Part shown: one piece after another, positions 51,071 to 60,659 of the stretch
How the letters are laid out: each line of letters opens with the position of its first letter
How positions within the stretch are numbered: position 1 is the first letter of the stretch
DNA from: a virus
Strand: one strand, 5' to 3'
Length of the DNA: 64,000 bases
IMG/VR virus record: IMGVR_UViG_3300037200_000158
Location: 1-64,000 of that record
Made by a program: the position numbers and the translations under genes
Notes under the pieces: generated by a model
What the model was told of the DNA's origin: nothing
What the model saw: only the letters and a program-made list of their open reading frames with translations
The model's database searches: none

Positions 51071-54000
51071 ATGCCCGACACTGATATTTGGGATATAGCG
51101 GCAGCCGCGAAGAGCGCGCCGCCCCCCTCCGCTGACATCTGGGATATTGCCGCGTCTACGCCAGGGTACCGCTCGCCCTACAGTCGTGAGGCGATGGAGG
51201 CTAACGCGCCCGGCGTGCCGAAAGCACCGTTGCCATATGAACTGCAGAAGCCGGATGAGCAGGCGGAAACAAATCGCGCCGGCGGGTCCACGTTCCAAAA
51301 TCCACGAACTGGGAGAATCTATCCGCGCCAGCAGCCCGGCAGTGAGAGTGGCCCATTGTCGGCGTTGGATCTCCCGATTCAGGCACCGGGCCACGCAGCG
51401 GAAGCTGTCGAGGCACTGGCGACACCAGCCGAAGACGCCGCGATGCAGATTGCTGCCGGTGTTCCACCTGCGCAGGTCGCCCTAAGTCCCGAATCTCTCA
51501 AGGCCGGAGCTCGCGGTGTCGCAAAGGGCATTCAGGCGGGATTAGAGGCCGCAACGCCATTACTCGCTGGTGGAGCTGCAGCCGCGCCGCTCGAAACAGC
51601 CGCCACGCTCGCGTCCGCCGCATTTGCCCAAGCGAAGACCGAAGATCTCCTGAAGCAGGTCGGGGTAGCGCCGGAGTACTCGGAACTCGCCGGAAGTGTC
51701 GCCGGGCTGCTCGCTGGTTACGCCGCCGGGAAGATTCGGCTGAGCCCCGAACAGGCATCGCTGATCGAGACTCTGCAAGGCAAGGATGCGCAGACACCGG
51801 AAGGGCAAGCCGCGCGAGTCCATAAACTTCAGGCTATGGCCAGCGACCCCGGAGCATCGCAGGGAGAGCGCGATGTAGCGTCGGCACTCCTGAAGCGAAA
51901 CCACGGCATCGAGTTCGAGCCGTTTCGGCCTGCGGAAGCGCCCGCTGCGCCCGAGAGCGCCGCTAGTACCCCAGCGACCGCTGAAACGCCACAGGCCGCG
52001 CCTGAGACGCCAGCGGCCCAACCTGAAGCGAACGCCGCTCCGGCTGAGACGAACGTTCCCGGTTTCGAGACGCGCGAGATCCTTCCCGAAGACGTGAAGC
52101 CCGGCGCAATCCTTCGGGACGCCAACGGACGAACAGGCGTTGTCACCGAACTTCGGCAGGGGAAGAATGTCAAATGGACGGACGATACCGGCGCCGAACG
52201 CACGACTACGCTGCCGAAGTTTCTCCAGCGGATGACAGCGATCGCGCAGACTCCCGCAGCGTCGGCACAGCCAGAAGCGCCCGTTAGCCCGCCGGTCGGC
52301 ACCGCCCCTCCGACTGAGCAGAATCAGCAACCCGCAGCGCCGCAGGTACAGGAAACGCCCACTTTAGGCGCCAACCTCCCGCCGGAGCAAATGCCCGGCC
52401 CGGCAGTCACGCAGGCTGGCGCGGAGAATACGGAGCACGTCGAGAAAGAGGTTCAGGCTGCGGAAGCGGTCGCGCCGCCTGCAACGGCGGTTGAAGCGCC
52501 AGCAACTCCGGTTGTAGCCGCACCGCCGCCCGAGCTCCCGCACACGGTCGAAGCACTCCCTCCCAACGAGGAACCGAAGGAAGCCGAAGCGCCCTACAAG
52601 TTCTCGTCCGCGCAAGTCAATCTGCCGACAGCCTATCACCGCGCGTTCACGGATGCGGTTGCCGGGATTCCAGACTCCGAACTCGCCGAGGACGGACGTG
52701 AAGACGATCCCCACATTACCGCTCTCTACGGGATTCATTCCACGTCAGCCGAACCCGTCAAGAAGCTCCTGAAGGATCAGGGGCCTATCACGGCGACCAT
52801 TGGCCCGATCTCGATCTTCAAAGGCGAAGACGGAAAGCCGGATGTCGTCAAACTCGATATCGACTCGCCCGCACTCCACGATCTGAATGGAAAACTCCGC
52901 ACGTTGGAGCACACGAATAACGTCCCGGACTACACGCCACATCTGACCTTGGCCTATTTGAAGCCGGGCGAAGGCGCAAAGTACGTCGGGAAGGTCGTGC
53001 CGGGGCTTACCGGGCAGCAGGTTACGTTCAACCGTCTGATGTTCAGCGGCAAGGACCAGGCACGCACGGATATCCCGCTCGCAGGCCAAACGAAGCCGGA
53101 GCGTCCGCGCGCCATCGAAGAGTCCGCGCCCGAAGCGCCCTCCGGTGAATTCGGCAAGTCCTCCCTTTCCCGCCTGAGCGACAAGGAAATCCGCGCAGCC
53201 GCAGCGAAAGACGGTATCGACCCGGAACCATACCTCGCGGAGCGCGCCGGCCCCGGCGGCAACCGCACCGGGCGGAACAAGTTAGAGCACGCGATTTTTG
53301 AAGCGGGAGAAGCCCGCAAGGCGAAGGGGGTGATCCAGCCGAACGCAGAAGCGCCGGCAGCCGCGCCAGTGGAGGCGGCTCCGGGGAAGACGAAGGCAGA
53401 GCAGATTGCGGCGAATGAGGCGCGCATCCGCGAACTGGAGTCGAAACTCGGCGCATCCGGCACCGTTCCGGCCACGAAGCCAAATCCGACGACAACGAAG
53501 ACGGTCCAGCAGTTGCGCGGCATCGCCGACACGCTCGACAAGCAAATCGAGGCGAAGCGGAATCCCGCGATAGCGCAGCAGAACCCGACGAGGCGACGCG
53601 CAGACATCGCCGCCGGTATGGCGAAAGAGGCCGACGCGATGGAGTTGGTCCAGTCCACGCTCCGCAATCTCGCCGACGCCCACGAGAACGGCTCTATTCC
53701 ATCGGTTCTGACGAACGTAAAGACGCGACCGCTTCTCGAGGACCTTCTCAGCCGCGACAAATTCCCGCAGGCGTGGCTGCACAGCGCGACCGTTACTCAC
53801 ATCACCACCGCGCTGAAGGGCAAGCCGAACACCAAGGAAGCAGTTGATCTCTTGACGCGCCGAAATGGTGGCGATGGCGTGCGCCTGACGGGCATGAAAG
53901 AGATAACGCTCGTCAGAGACCTGCTGGATAAGGCTGACGCCGCCGGGATCGGCCCAGCGAAGTACGCGAAGGAGGAACTCGCTCGGGCGACACGCGCATA

Positions 54001-57000
54001 CGGCGCAGGGTTGACGCCAGAGAATTGGCTCCAGGCTCATCAGGCGCTGAAGCCGTACGCAACCACAAAATCCGTTATACCTCCGAAAGAGCGCCAGATC
54101 GCAGAACTTGAACGTGGTCTGATCGGACGCAAGATCGAAGGTTTCTTCCCGACACCGAAAGCGCTCGCCGACAGAATGGTCGAGGAAGCGGACATCAAGC
54201 CCGGTATGCGAGTACTCGAACCGAGCGCCGGAAATGGAAGGCTTGCCGACGCTATCGCGAAAAAGACGGATGAACTCACCGCCATAGAGCCGGTGTCCGA
54301 CCTGCGCGCCATCCTCGACCTGAAGGGACACGCAGTTTCTGAGGACCGCGACTTTCTTGCGCACCGCGGCGAATACGACCGTGTCGTGATGAACCCGCCG
54401 TTCGAGAACGGGCAGGATATGGACCACGTCCGCCACGCTTTCGACCTCCTGAAGCCGGGCGGGAAGTTGGTCGCCATCATGGGCGAAGGTGGTTTCTTTC
54501 GCGGCGACAAGAAGGCGACGGCGTTCCGTGAATGGCTCCAGGCTCACGGGGGCACGAGTGAAAAACTGCCAGAAGGCACGTTCAAAGAGAGCGGCACTGG
54601 CGTAGCCACGCGTCTGGTAACGGTCACGAAAGCGGCCGCCACGAAGGAAGCGCCCGCAATAGCCCGAGCGCCGGCCGAAACGCCGAAGCCGAAAACCGCG
54701 CCGCTTCCCGAGGCGGACTACGCCGAAGTTGAGACCAAACTGGCGAATTCCGAAGCGGACCTCCGGGCCGCACGCCAGAACTACGAACGCCTGGACGATC
54801 TCTTCCGCGTCGTCAAAGATGCCACGGAGCGCGAACTCTCCGGCATCGACCTTCAGGAGTTCTCACGCGTTAAAAACTTAGACGAGGTAGAGGAAGATGT
54901 CCGCAAGCAACTGATTCTCGCGGGCCGCAAGTACGAGGCGGCAATGACGGCGCACGACCAAGCCCTTAATGCGGCCGCTGCGGTAAATCCGCTCCTGACG
55001 CCGCAGGCAAAGCCGATAGGTCCCGGCGTGCCGGTGCCCGAGGCTAAGGAAGCGAATAGCTCGCTTGGCGGAACAATCGACGAGGTGTCCGACCAGATCA
55101 AACTCATGGCGCGGCGTGGCGCTGATGATGCCGAGTATGACCCGCGCGACGATGTCCCTGATCTGAAAAGCAGCCTGAAGTTCCTCGATGAAGATATCCG
55201 CGATCTGGAGCACGCCGATCCTGCCTTGATGGCAACTGCGAAAGAGACTGCCGCGACCGCACGCAAGGTCATCGAGAGCGCGGAATCGTATACCGTTCCG
55301 CCGCCGAAGCCGGAACCGTCAGCCGACAGATACCGCGAACTCGACGCGCAGGTTAAGGCGATGCACAAGAACCCGGCGTATGCCGAGGACACGCCCGAAG
55401 GGCGACGGTTGCGCAATCAGGCGCTGGAGCTCAGCGACGAAAAGGAAATCCACCGTCCGGCATTCGTTGAAGAAGTGAATGCGGAGAGTATTGCCAAAGC
55501 CAAAGCGGAGCCGAAGGGACTTCCCGCGCCAGCACAGCGCGCCGTTGACGAGTTGAAGGACCTGGAGGCGGACGCACAGAAACTTCGCTCCACTGACTTC
55601 TCAAAGATTGACGCCAAAGACCCGGTAGCGAAAGAGGTTTCTGAAGACGCGCTGAAGACTGCCAAGCTCAAGGTCGATATGCGGAAGTTGCCCGGCTCCG
55701 CGCCGAATGCGCCGGAGCGAGTGGGCGAGTTCGATGCCTATCCGAAAACTGGGACCGTCACGATTCCCGCTGCGACCGCGAAGCAGATTGTCCCGCCTCT
55801 AAAGAAGGTAATCGAGGCCAAATCGACCATCCCGATCCTGAAGAACGTCTCCGTCATCAGCCAGAAAGGCAAGACGAAGATCACGGCGACCGATCTGGAG
55901 CAGGCAGTCACGTTCACGATCCCGACGAAGGCCCCGAACAGCGCAGTCACCATCCCGGTATCGGCTCTCGACCAGGCGATGAAGGCGAAGAACAAGGGCG
56001 ACCTGAAGATTGACTTCCAGCCCGGTACGGTCCCATCGCAAAACGGAAAGGCATCACTATCGGTCGGCCCGGCAGAGTCCAGCGCGGCTACGCTCGACAT
56101 CTCGAATTACCCCGAGATCCCCACGGCCACTGAGAAGGTGGGTAAGATTCCGGCGGAGAAGCTGCTGGACGCCATCAAAAAGACGTTCTACGCAATCTCC
56201 GCAGAAGAATCACGGTTCACCCTCAACGGCGCATTGTTAGAGGTTAAGGGCGGCAAAGCGAACATGGTGGCAACTGACGGCCATCGGCTCTCGGCTCAAT
56301 CGTTCGACGTTCCTGGTATTGAAGGTGACCATCGCTTCCTACTGCCGCGCCGGACACTCGACACGATGACAAAGTTGTACGCGAAGCATGCGGGAGACCT
56401 GACGGTTAACGCTGGCACTGGCGCAAGTAAGAAGTTCCTGACATTCGACACGCCCGACGGCACAACCTCGCTCTACACGATGCAGTTGGATGGGAACTTC
56501 CCCGACTACCAGCGCGTACTGCCGAACCCGCGCAACTACACGCATACGGCCACGGTGGACCGCGAAGAACTGCTCGACCTCATGAAGCGTATTATCGCCA
56601 TGAAGGAGCGCAGCAACAACGTTCTCCTGTCGTTCCGCCCCGATCAGGTGATTGGGTTCAAGTCGGCAGACGGCGCGGAAGTCAGGGGATCGGCACCGGC
56701 CACGCTGAAGACGCTTCCTGTGCCTAAACCTGAAAAGGACGAGGTTCAGCAAAATACCGAGCGCCGCCCGAACCCGCGCGAGAACTTCAACGCAAAGTAC
56801 ATCGCTGACGCCATTGCGCCGCTCGAAGGCAAGAACGTCGAGATCAACCTTCAGGATTCCAGCACCGCGCGCAATATGGGCGCGATGACCATCAGAGATC
56901 CACAAGACCCGAACCACACGGCAATCATTATGCCGATGCGGGACGACGTGGGGAACTGGGACGACGGGCTACCGCCGGTGAATCCGGTAAAAGAAGAGGG

Positions 57001-59509
57001 TAAGAAACTCGGCCCCGAAGCCGGAACCGCGCCTGCCCTCAGCGACGTAATCGCGCACGCCGCAACCCGTATCGACCAGGTCCGCGACTTCTTCGACGAC
57101 AAAGGAGCATCTGCCGACAGGCTCACGCGCAACCTGAACTTCGTCAGCCGCATTTCGCCGGAACTCGACACCGCCGCGCTCAAGGCCTCCGGCTGGAAGG
57201 GACTCGCGGCGGCCATCATGTACACAACGACGCCCGCTATGGACAAGGCGCTCGAAGGTTCGATGTCGCATGCCACGGTCGAGGAAGTCTTCAAGATCTT
57301 ACAGGAAGGACGCCTGCGCGGCATCCGTACCGGACTCTGGCTGCGCAACGCGGCGGAAGTGGCCGACGCTACCGACGAGGAGATCGTTAACGCTTTCCCC
57401 GGTTACAGCCGACTGCTCGACGCGGTTCAGGGGCGTCAGGGTCTACCGGGTGATCTGTCGCAGGCGGCTGCCGCGCGCCTCGAACGCAACGAGATCGACG
57501 AACTGCGGGACTTCCTGATTGACACCTTCGACACGACCGCCGATCTGGTAGCCCATGTCATGCTGCCGGGGCGATTCAACGAGATGCTTTCGGATCCATC
57601 AGTCCGCCGCGCAATCGACATCTACAAGCAGAATGCCGAACCGGCCATGCGCGACCTGCACGAAGAGCACGAAGGCATCCTGTCCCAGCATCTCGGGCCG
57701 GTTATGGGCGGAACTTACTTTCCGCTGATTCCGCTGGCCGATGAAGAGCAACACCCGGGCGGACCCGGGATCAAGACCCCGTACATCAAGCCGCGCAACG
57801 CGAATAAGCTCGCGACCGGCCTGTCGAGTGACTACGATCCGACGCTGAAGACATTCCGGTCTACGTTGGAACGCCGCGTCCATGCCAGCGTTAAGTTCGA
57901 TCTGCTGCGCGCTGCCGAAGCAACCGGCTGGCTCACGCCCGTTGGCGCCGATGACGATCCGCGTGTGTTTGTGGACCCGAATGGCAACGAATGGCCCGCA
58001 GCCGTTCGCGAGATGGCACCCGGCAAGACGCTGATTCGTCCCGGCCAGAAGCCGATTCCTGTCGGCAAACGCTTCGGTGTGATGCCCAAGGTACTCGCGA
58101 ACGAACTCGATATCATCCTCGAGGGCCCGAACTACGACGAAGCGCCGAACGCCCTGAACGGAATTCTGCACTTGCTGAATCGCTCCGCGCTGGCCGGCGC
58201 GGCCGTTATGGAATCCGTCTTCCACGGCAAGAACCTCGCGGGCGGCATCGTCCAGAACATGCCGGCGGTTCTGGCCACGCTCGGAAAGGGAGGGTATGCG
58301 GGCTTCCTGAAGGACTCAAACGGCATTGCGGCCGTCCTGAATGCCGCGCCATCGCCTACTGAGTTCGCCGCCGACCTTATCAAAATGGGACGGCTGGGAA
58401 TCCTTGGAGATCGCTTTGGGCAGTCGAGCTACAGCAAGAGAATGTCCGAACTGCTCGGAGAAGACGGCTCGCTCGCGCACCGGATCTCGCTCGCACCGCT
58501 TCTGTTCGGGCCGCAAGGTCTCGACGTATTGGCGCGCTGGATGCTTTTCAAAGCGAAAGAGACGCTCGATCCCGGCTATACGCCGCGCGAGATGGTGGAT
58601 TTCGTCAACCAACTGGGCATCTACGTCAACGGCCAGCAGAGCCGGATGGTGCGGTTTCTCCGCGCGCAGGGCCTAAATCCGTTCGCAGTTGCCGGAGTCG
58701 CCGGACTGGGGCGCGGCTTACGCTCGCTGACGGGAGGCGTTTCGCCGGTCGCCGGGTCTCTCGGTTGGAAGCTCGCGAACTGGCTGACCATCGGTATCGG
58801 TGGCTCGCTGCTCATGTGGTACCTGACCCACAAGGCCGTTACCGGCAAATCCCCGCTGGGGGACCCGACCGCGAAGCCGGGCAAAATTCCCCTCCCGTCG
58901 AAGTTCCGGCGGTCTACGTTCGCGCAAGCCCTTGCGCCGGGCGGGGGAACGCTCTATCTCGACATGCAGTACGGAAATCCCGATGTGGCCCGCGGGCTAC
59001 GCGCCACCGGCCTCGATGCTGCCTTCAGGACCGCCAACGCAGGCGGGAGCACCCAGCAGACGGCTGAAGCGGCACTGGCGCAGATGCTCGATTCCTGGAG
59101 CACCCCTCTCACCGGTCCAGCCACGCGGGCTATGATCGCCGGCCTCGGCGGGGTAGAGCCGCATGTGAACAGTCTGATCGACTCGCATGGAAAGAACGCC
59201 GTTAGCCTGCTCGGCTCGTTACCCGAGAAGCAAACGCCATTCACCACGTTCGGCCAGAAGTTGACCGGCCTGCCAGCGAACGCCGGATGGCGAACCCGCG
59301 CCGCTGTGATGGAGTTGAATCAGATGTTCGGGATAGGCCTTGAGGACATCGGCGTTATGCCGAAGCTGCCGCAAGCCACCGGACAGCAGCCGGAGACGCT
59401 GCCGCGCGGCGCTGTCGATATCCTGCTGCCGAGCCTGGTCTCGGGACCGTCCAATCCATACGGAGCCGCTGCGCACGTCCGCCAGCAGCGCGCCGCTATG
59501 GGTCAGTAA
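51071..59509 (+). CDS. 2,812-aa polyvalent (multi-domain) virion/ejection protein
   Basis: A single uninterrupted track ORF at the end of the ejection-gene block. Domains are listed as separate features. N-terminal DIWDIAA repeat, long Pro/Ala/Glu linkers, and a C-terminal TM-like segment WKLANWLTIGIGGSLLMWYL. Confidence 0.9.
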   Translation: MPDTDIWDIAAAAKSAPPPSADIWDIAASTPGYRSPYSREAMEANAPGVPKAPLPYELQKPDEQAETNRAGGSTFQNPRTGRIYPRQQPGSESGPLSALDLPIQAPGHAAEAVEALATPAEDAAMQIAAGVPPAQVALSPESLKAGARGVAKGIQAGLEAATPLLAGGAAAAPLETAATLASAAFAQAKTEDLLKQVGVAPEYSELAGSVAGLLAGYAAGKIRLSPEQASLIETLQGKDAQTPEGQAARVHKLQAMASDPGASQGERDVASALLKRNHGIEFEPFRPAEAPAAPESAASTPATAETPQAAPETPAAQPEANAAPAETNVPGFETREILPEDVKPGAILRDANGRTGVVTELRQGKNVKWTDDTGAERTTTLPKFLQRMTAIAQTPAASAQPEAPVSPPVGTAPPTEQNQQPAAPQVQETPTLGANLPPEQMPGPAVTQAGAENTEHVEKEVQAAEAVAPPATAVEAPATPVVAAPPPELPHTVEALPPNEEPKEAEAPYKFSSAQVNLPTAYHRAFTDAVAGIPDSELAEDGREDDPHITALYGIHSTSAEPVKKLLKDQGPITATIGPISIFKGEDGKPDVVKLDIDSPALHDLNGKLRTLEHTNNVPDYTPHLTLAYLKPGEGAKYVGKVVPGLTGQQVTFNRLMFSGKDQARTDIPLAGQTKPERPRAIEESAPEAPSGEFGKSSLSRLSDKEIRAAAAKDGIDPEPYLAERAGPGGNRTGRNKLEHAIFEAGEARKAKGVIQPNAEAPAAAPVEAAPGKTKAEQIAANEARIRELESKLGASGTVPATKPNPTTTKTVQQLRGIADTLDKQIEAKRNPAIAQQNPTRRRADIAAGMAKEADAMELVQSTLRNLADAHENGSIPSVLTNVKTRPLLEDLLSRDKFPQAWLHSATVTHITTALKGKPNTKEAVDLLTRRNGGDGVRLTGMKEITLVRDLLDKADAAGIGPAKYAKEELARATRAYGAGLTPENWLQAHQALKPYATTKSVIPPKERQIAELERGLIGRKIEGFFPTPKALADRMVEEADIKPGMRVLEPSAGNGRLADAIAKKTDELTAIEPVSDLRAILDLKGHAVSEDRDFLAHRGEYDRVVMNPPFENGQDMDHVRHAFDLLKPGGKLVAIMGEGGFFRGDKKATAFREWLQAHGGTSEKLPEGTFKESGTGVATRLVTVTKAAATKEAPAIARAPAETPKPKTAPLPEADYAEVETKLANSEADLRAARQNYERLDDLFRVVKDATERELSGIDLQEFSRVKNLDEVEEDVRKQLILAGRKYEAAMTAHDQALNAAAAVNPLLTPQAKPIGPGVPVPEAKEANSSLGGTIDEVSDQIKLMARRGADDAEYDPRDDVPDLKSSLKFLDEDIRDLEHADPALMATAKETAATARKVIESAESYTVPPPKPEPSADRYRELDAQVKAMHKNPAYAEDTPEGRRLRNQALELSDEKEIHRPAFVEEVNAESIAKAKAEPKGLPAPAQRAVDELKDLEADAQKLRSTDFSKIDAKDPVAKEVSEDALKTAKLKVDMRKLPGSAPNAPERVGEFDAYPKTGTVTIPAATAKQIVPPLKKVIEAKSTIPILKNVSVISQKGKTKITATDLEQAVTFTIPTKAPNSAVTIPVSALDQAMKAKNKGDLKIDFQPGTVPSQNGKASLSVGPAESSAATLDISNYPEIPTATEKVGKIPAEKLLDAIKKTFYAISAEESRFTLNGALLEVKGGKANMVATDGHRLSAQSFDVPGIEGDHRFLLPRRTLDTMTKLYAKHAGDLTVNAGTGASKKFLTFDTPDGTTSLYTMQLDGNFPDYQRVLPNPRNYTHTATVDREELLDLMKRIIAMKERSNNVLLSFRPDQVIGFKSADGAEVRGSAPATLKTLPVPKPEKDEVQQNTERRPNPRENFNAKYIADAIAPLEGKNVEINLQDSSTARNMGAMTIRDPQDPNHTAIIMPMRDDVGNWDDGLPPVNPVKEEGKKLGPEAGTAPALSDVIAHAATRIDQVRDFFDDKGASADRLTRNLNFVSRISPELDTAALKASGWKGLAAAIMYTTTPAMDKALEGSMSHATVEEVFKILQEGRLRGIRTGLWLRNAAEVADATDEEIVNAFPGYSRLLDAVQGRQGLPGDLSQAAAARLERNEIDELRDFLIDTFDTTADLVAHVMLPGRFNEMLSDPSVRRAIDIYKQNAEPAMRDLHEEHEGILSQHLGPVMGGTYFPLIPLADEEQHPGGPGIKTPYIKPRNANKLATGLSSDYDPTLKTFRSTLERRVHASVKFDLLRAAEATGWLTPVGADDDPRVFVDPNGNEWPAAVREMAPGKTLIRPGQKPIPVGKRFGVMPKVLANELDIILEGPNYDEAPNALNGILHLLNRSALAGAAVMESVFHGKNLAGGIVQNMPAVLATLGKGGYAGFLKDSNGIAAVLNAAPSPTEFAADLIKMGRLGILGDRFGQSSYSKRMSELLGEDGSLAHRISLAPLLFGPQGLDVLARWMLFKAKETLDPGYTPREMVDFVNQLGIYVNGQQSRMVRFLRAQGLNPFAVAGVAGLGRGLRSLTGGVSPVAGSLGWKLANWLTIGIGGSLLMWYLTHKAVTGKSPLGDPTAKPGKIPLPSKFRRSTFAQALAPGGGTLYLDMQYGNPDVARGLRATGLDAAFRTANAGGSTQQTAEAALAQMLDSWSTPLTGPATRAMIAGLGGVEPHVNSLIDSHGKNAVSLLGSLPEKQTPFTTFGQKLTGLPANAGWRTRAAVMELNQMFGIGLEDIGVMPKLPQATGQQPETLPRGAVDILLPSLVSGPSNPYGAAAHVRQQRAAMGQ
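52583..53080 (+). other. 2H phosphoesterase (LigT-like) domain of giant protein (aa ~505-670)
   Basis: Two H-x-T/S motifs with the usual spacing: DPHITALYG and TPHLTLAYL. Confidence 0.65.
54098..54640 (+). other. SAM-dependent N6-adenine methyltransferase domain (aa ~1010-1190)
   Basis: FFPTPKALADRM, VLEPSAGNGRL (motif I), VVMNPPF (motif IV). Confidence 0.8.
55754..56944 (+). other. DNA polymerase III beta sliding clamp (DnaN)-like module (aa ~1562-1958)
   Basis: Collinear with full-length DnaN: STIPILKNVSV..KITATDLE; VTIPVSAL; EESRFTLNGALLEVKGG.ANMVATDGHRLS; FLLPRRTL; LDGNFPDYQRVLP; NFNAKYIADAI; AIIMPMRD. Confidence 0.75.
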
Positions 59510-59688
59510 TGTTCCTGCTCGATGAAAACGGTCGCGTATGGGCGCATGTTACGCCGCGCCGGGACACCGGATTCCCAACCGACTCCGACATCGAAGAGAT
59601 GCTCCGCGCCTACAAGCCAGAAAACGACCCGCAGGTACGAGCCATTCTGGCGGCAATCGGGCAGGCCGAGAAAGAAGAAAAACCATGA
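59509..59688 (+). CDS. hypothetical small protein (59 aa, below track cutoff)
   Basis: TAATG junction with the giant ORF and an ATGA junction with the next gene. MFLLDENGRVWAHVTPRRD.... Confidence 0.55.
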   Translation: MFLLDENGRVWAHVTPRRDTGFPTDSDIEEMLRAYKPENDPQVRAILAAIGQAEKEEKP

Positions 59689-60296
59689 AAATCATCGCCA
59701 CTATCCTCTGCCTCTCCGCCGCCCTGCACGGTCAGTCCCTGCACATAACGGCTTCCACGCTCAGTCCCGCCGACGTTCACGCCCTATTCGGCCCCCTGCG
59801 CAAGAACTACGGCGCCGCCCGCGTCGACATCTGCTCGTCCTCGCCCGATGCCGTCACGATCCCGCTCGGGAAGATCCGCCAGCAGGTCAAACTGACGAAC
59901 GGCGTCGCTATCCTGTCGAACACCGAAGCGCTATCGGTCATCGCCCGCGCCCAGAGCACGACGAAGGTCGCAATTGGACTTCGTTACGGACTCGCGGCTG
60001 TGCAGCTCGCAGCAATCGCGTCGACATGGAGCGGACTGAGTGCGACGATCAAGAACACGCTCACATCCTCGGCTGTCGCAGGCGGCGGACTACTGACGGT
60101 CGTCGGCAATGCGGCTACCGTGAACTCCATGGTGTCGTATTCTTCCGTAGCGCTGCCGGAGACGCTGCAAATTCTGCCGCAAGGCTGCGCGCCAACCGCC
60201 ATCGAACTGTTAGAATTCTCCAAAAGTGGGATAATGGAGCCTGCATCTATCGACTTTCTGTACCCGCTTCAATCCTCGAAAGGAACAACCCCATGA
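59685..60296 (+). CDS. secreted protein
   Basis: Track ORF 59538..60296 trimmed to MKIIATILCLSAALHGQS. Confidence 0.6.
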   Translation: MKIIATILCLSAALHGQSLHITASTLSPADVHALFGPLRKNYGAARVDICSSSPDAVTIPLGKIRQQVKLTNGVAILSNTEALSVIARAQSTTKVAIGLRYGLAAVQLAAIASTWSGLSATIKNTLTSSAVAGGGLLTVVGNAATVNSMVSYSSVALPETLQILPQGCAPTAIELLEFSKSGIMEPASIDFLYPLQSSKGTTP

Positions 60297-60460
60297 ACCA
60301 AACCGAACTGTTTCTGATTACGATGGGCCTCACTTATGCCCAGATGGTACTCGCAACGAACAAAACGCTCCCAGCCGCGCAGGTCGCGGCGCTTCAGGCA
60401 TTCGTAGCCGCCGGCGAAGGCGTTTCGGCCGCATTCACGACAAGCCCCGCTGTGGCGTAA
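60293..60460 (+). CDS. hypothetical small protein (55 aa)
   Basis: ATGA overlap. MNQTELFLITMGLTYAQMVLA.... This is the tail of the spurious 312-aa track ORF. Confidence 0.5.
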   Translation: MNQTELFLITMGLTYAQMVLATNKTLPAAQVAALQAFVAAGEGVSAAFTTSPAVA

Positions 60461-60493
60461 AACACTTCGGCAGTACCCGACAATTCGAACCCC

Positions 60494-60544
60494 GCGCCCT
60501 GCGGATGAGGCTTCTGCCTTGTCTTCAGGGCGCTTTTTTATTTT
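60494..60544 (+). terminator. intrinsic terminator ending the late/ejection operon
   Basis: GCGCCCUG...CAGGGCGC stem with an inner AGGC-UUCU-GCCU, followed by UUUUUUAUUUU. Confidence 0.8.
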
Positions 60545-60559
60545 GTGTGTAAATATGCA

Positions 60560-60587
60560 TTGACAGCAATGTGCCGCATCGGATAAT
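60560..60587 (+). promoter_or_regulatory. sigma70-type promoter
   Basis: TTGACA (60560-65), a 16-nt spacer, then GATAAT (60582-87). AT-rich upstream region. Confidence 0.65.
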
Positions 60588-60659
60588 CTGAATCAGTCAC
60601 GCCGCCTGAAAGGACAACCGAGTAAGGCGGCTCCATGAAAATTCAGAGTCAGGATAACT

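Noticed and set aside
59522-60460. 312-aa track ORF following the giant gene.
   Set aside because: Most of it is Arg/Pro-rich shadow sequence. Only its last 55 codons (60293..60460) look real. The region is better explained by three coupled genes in other frames.
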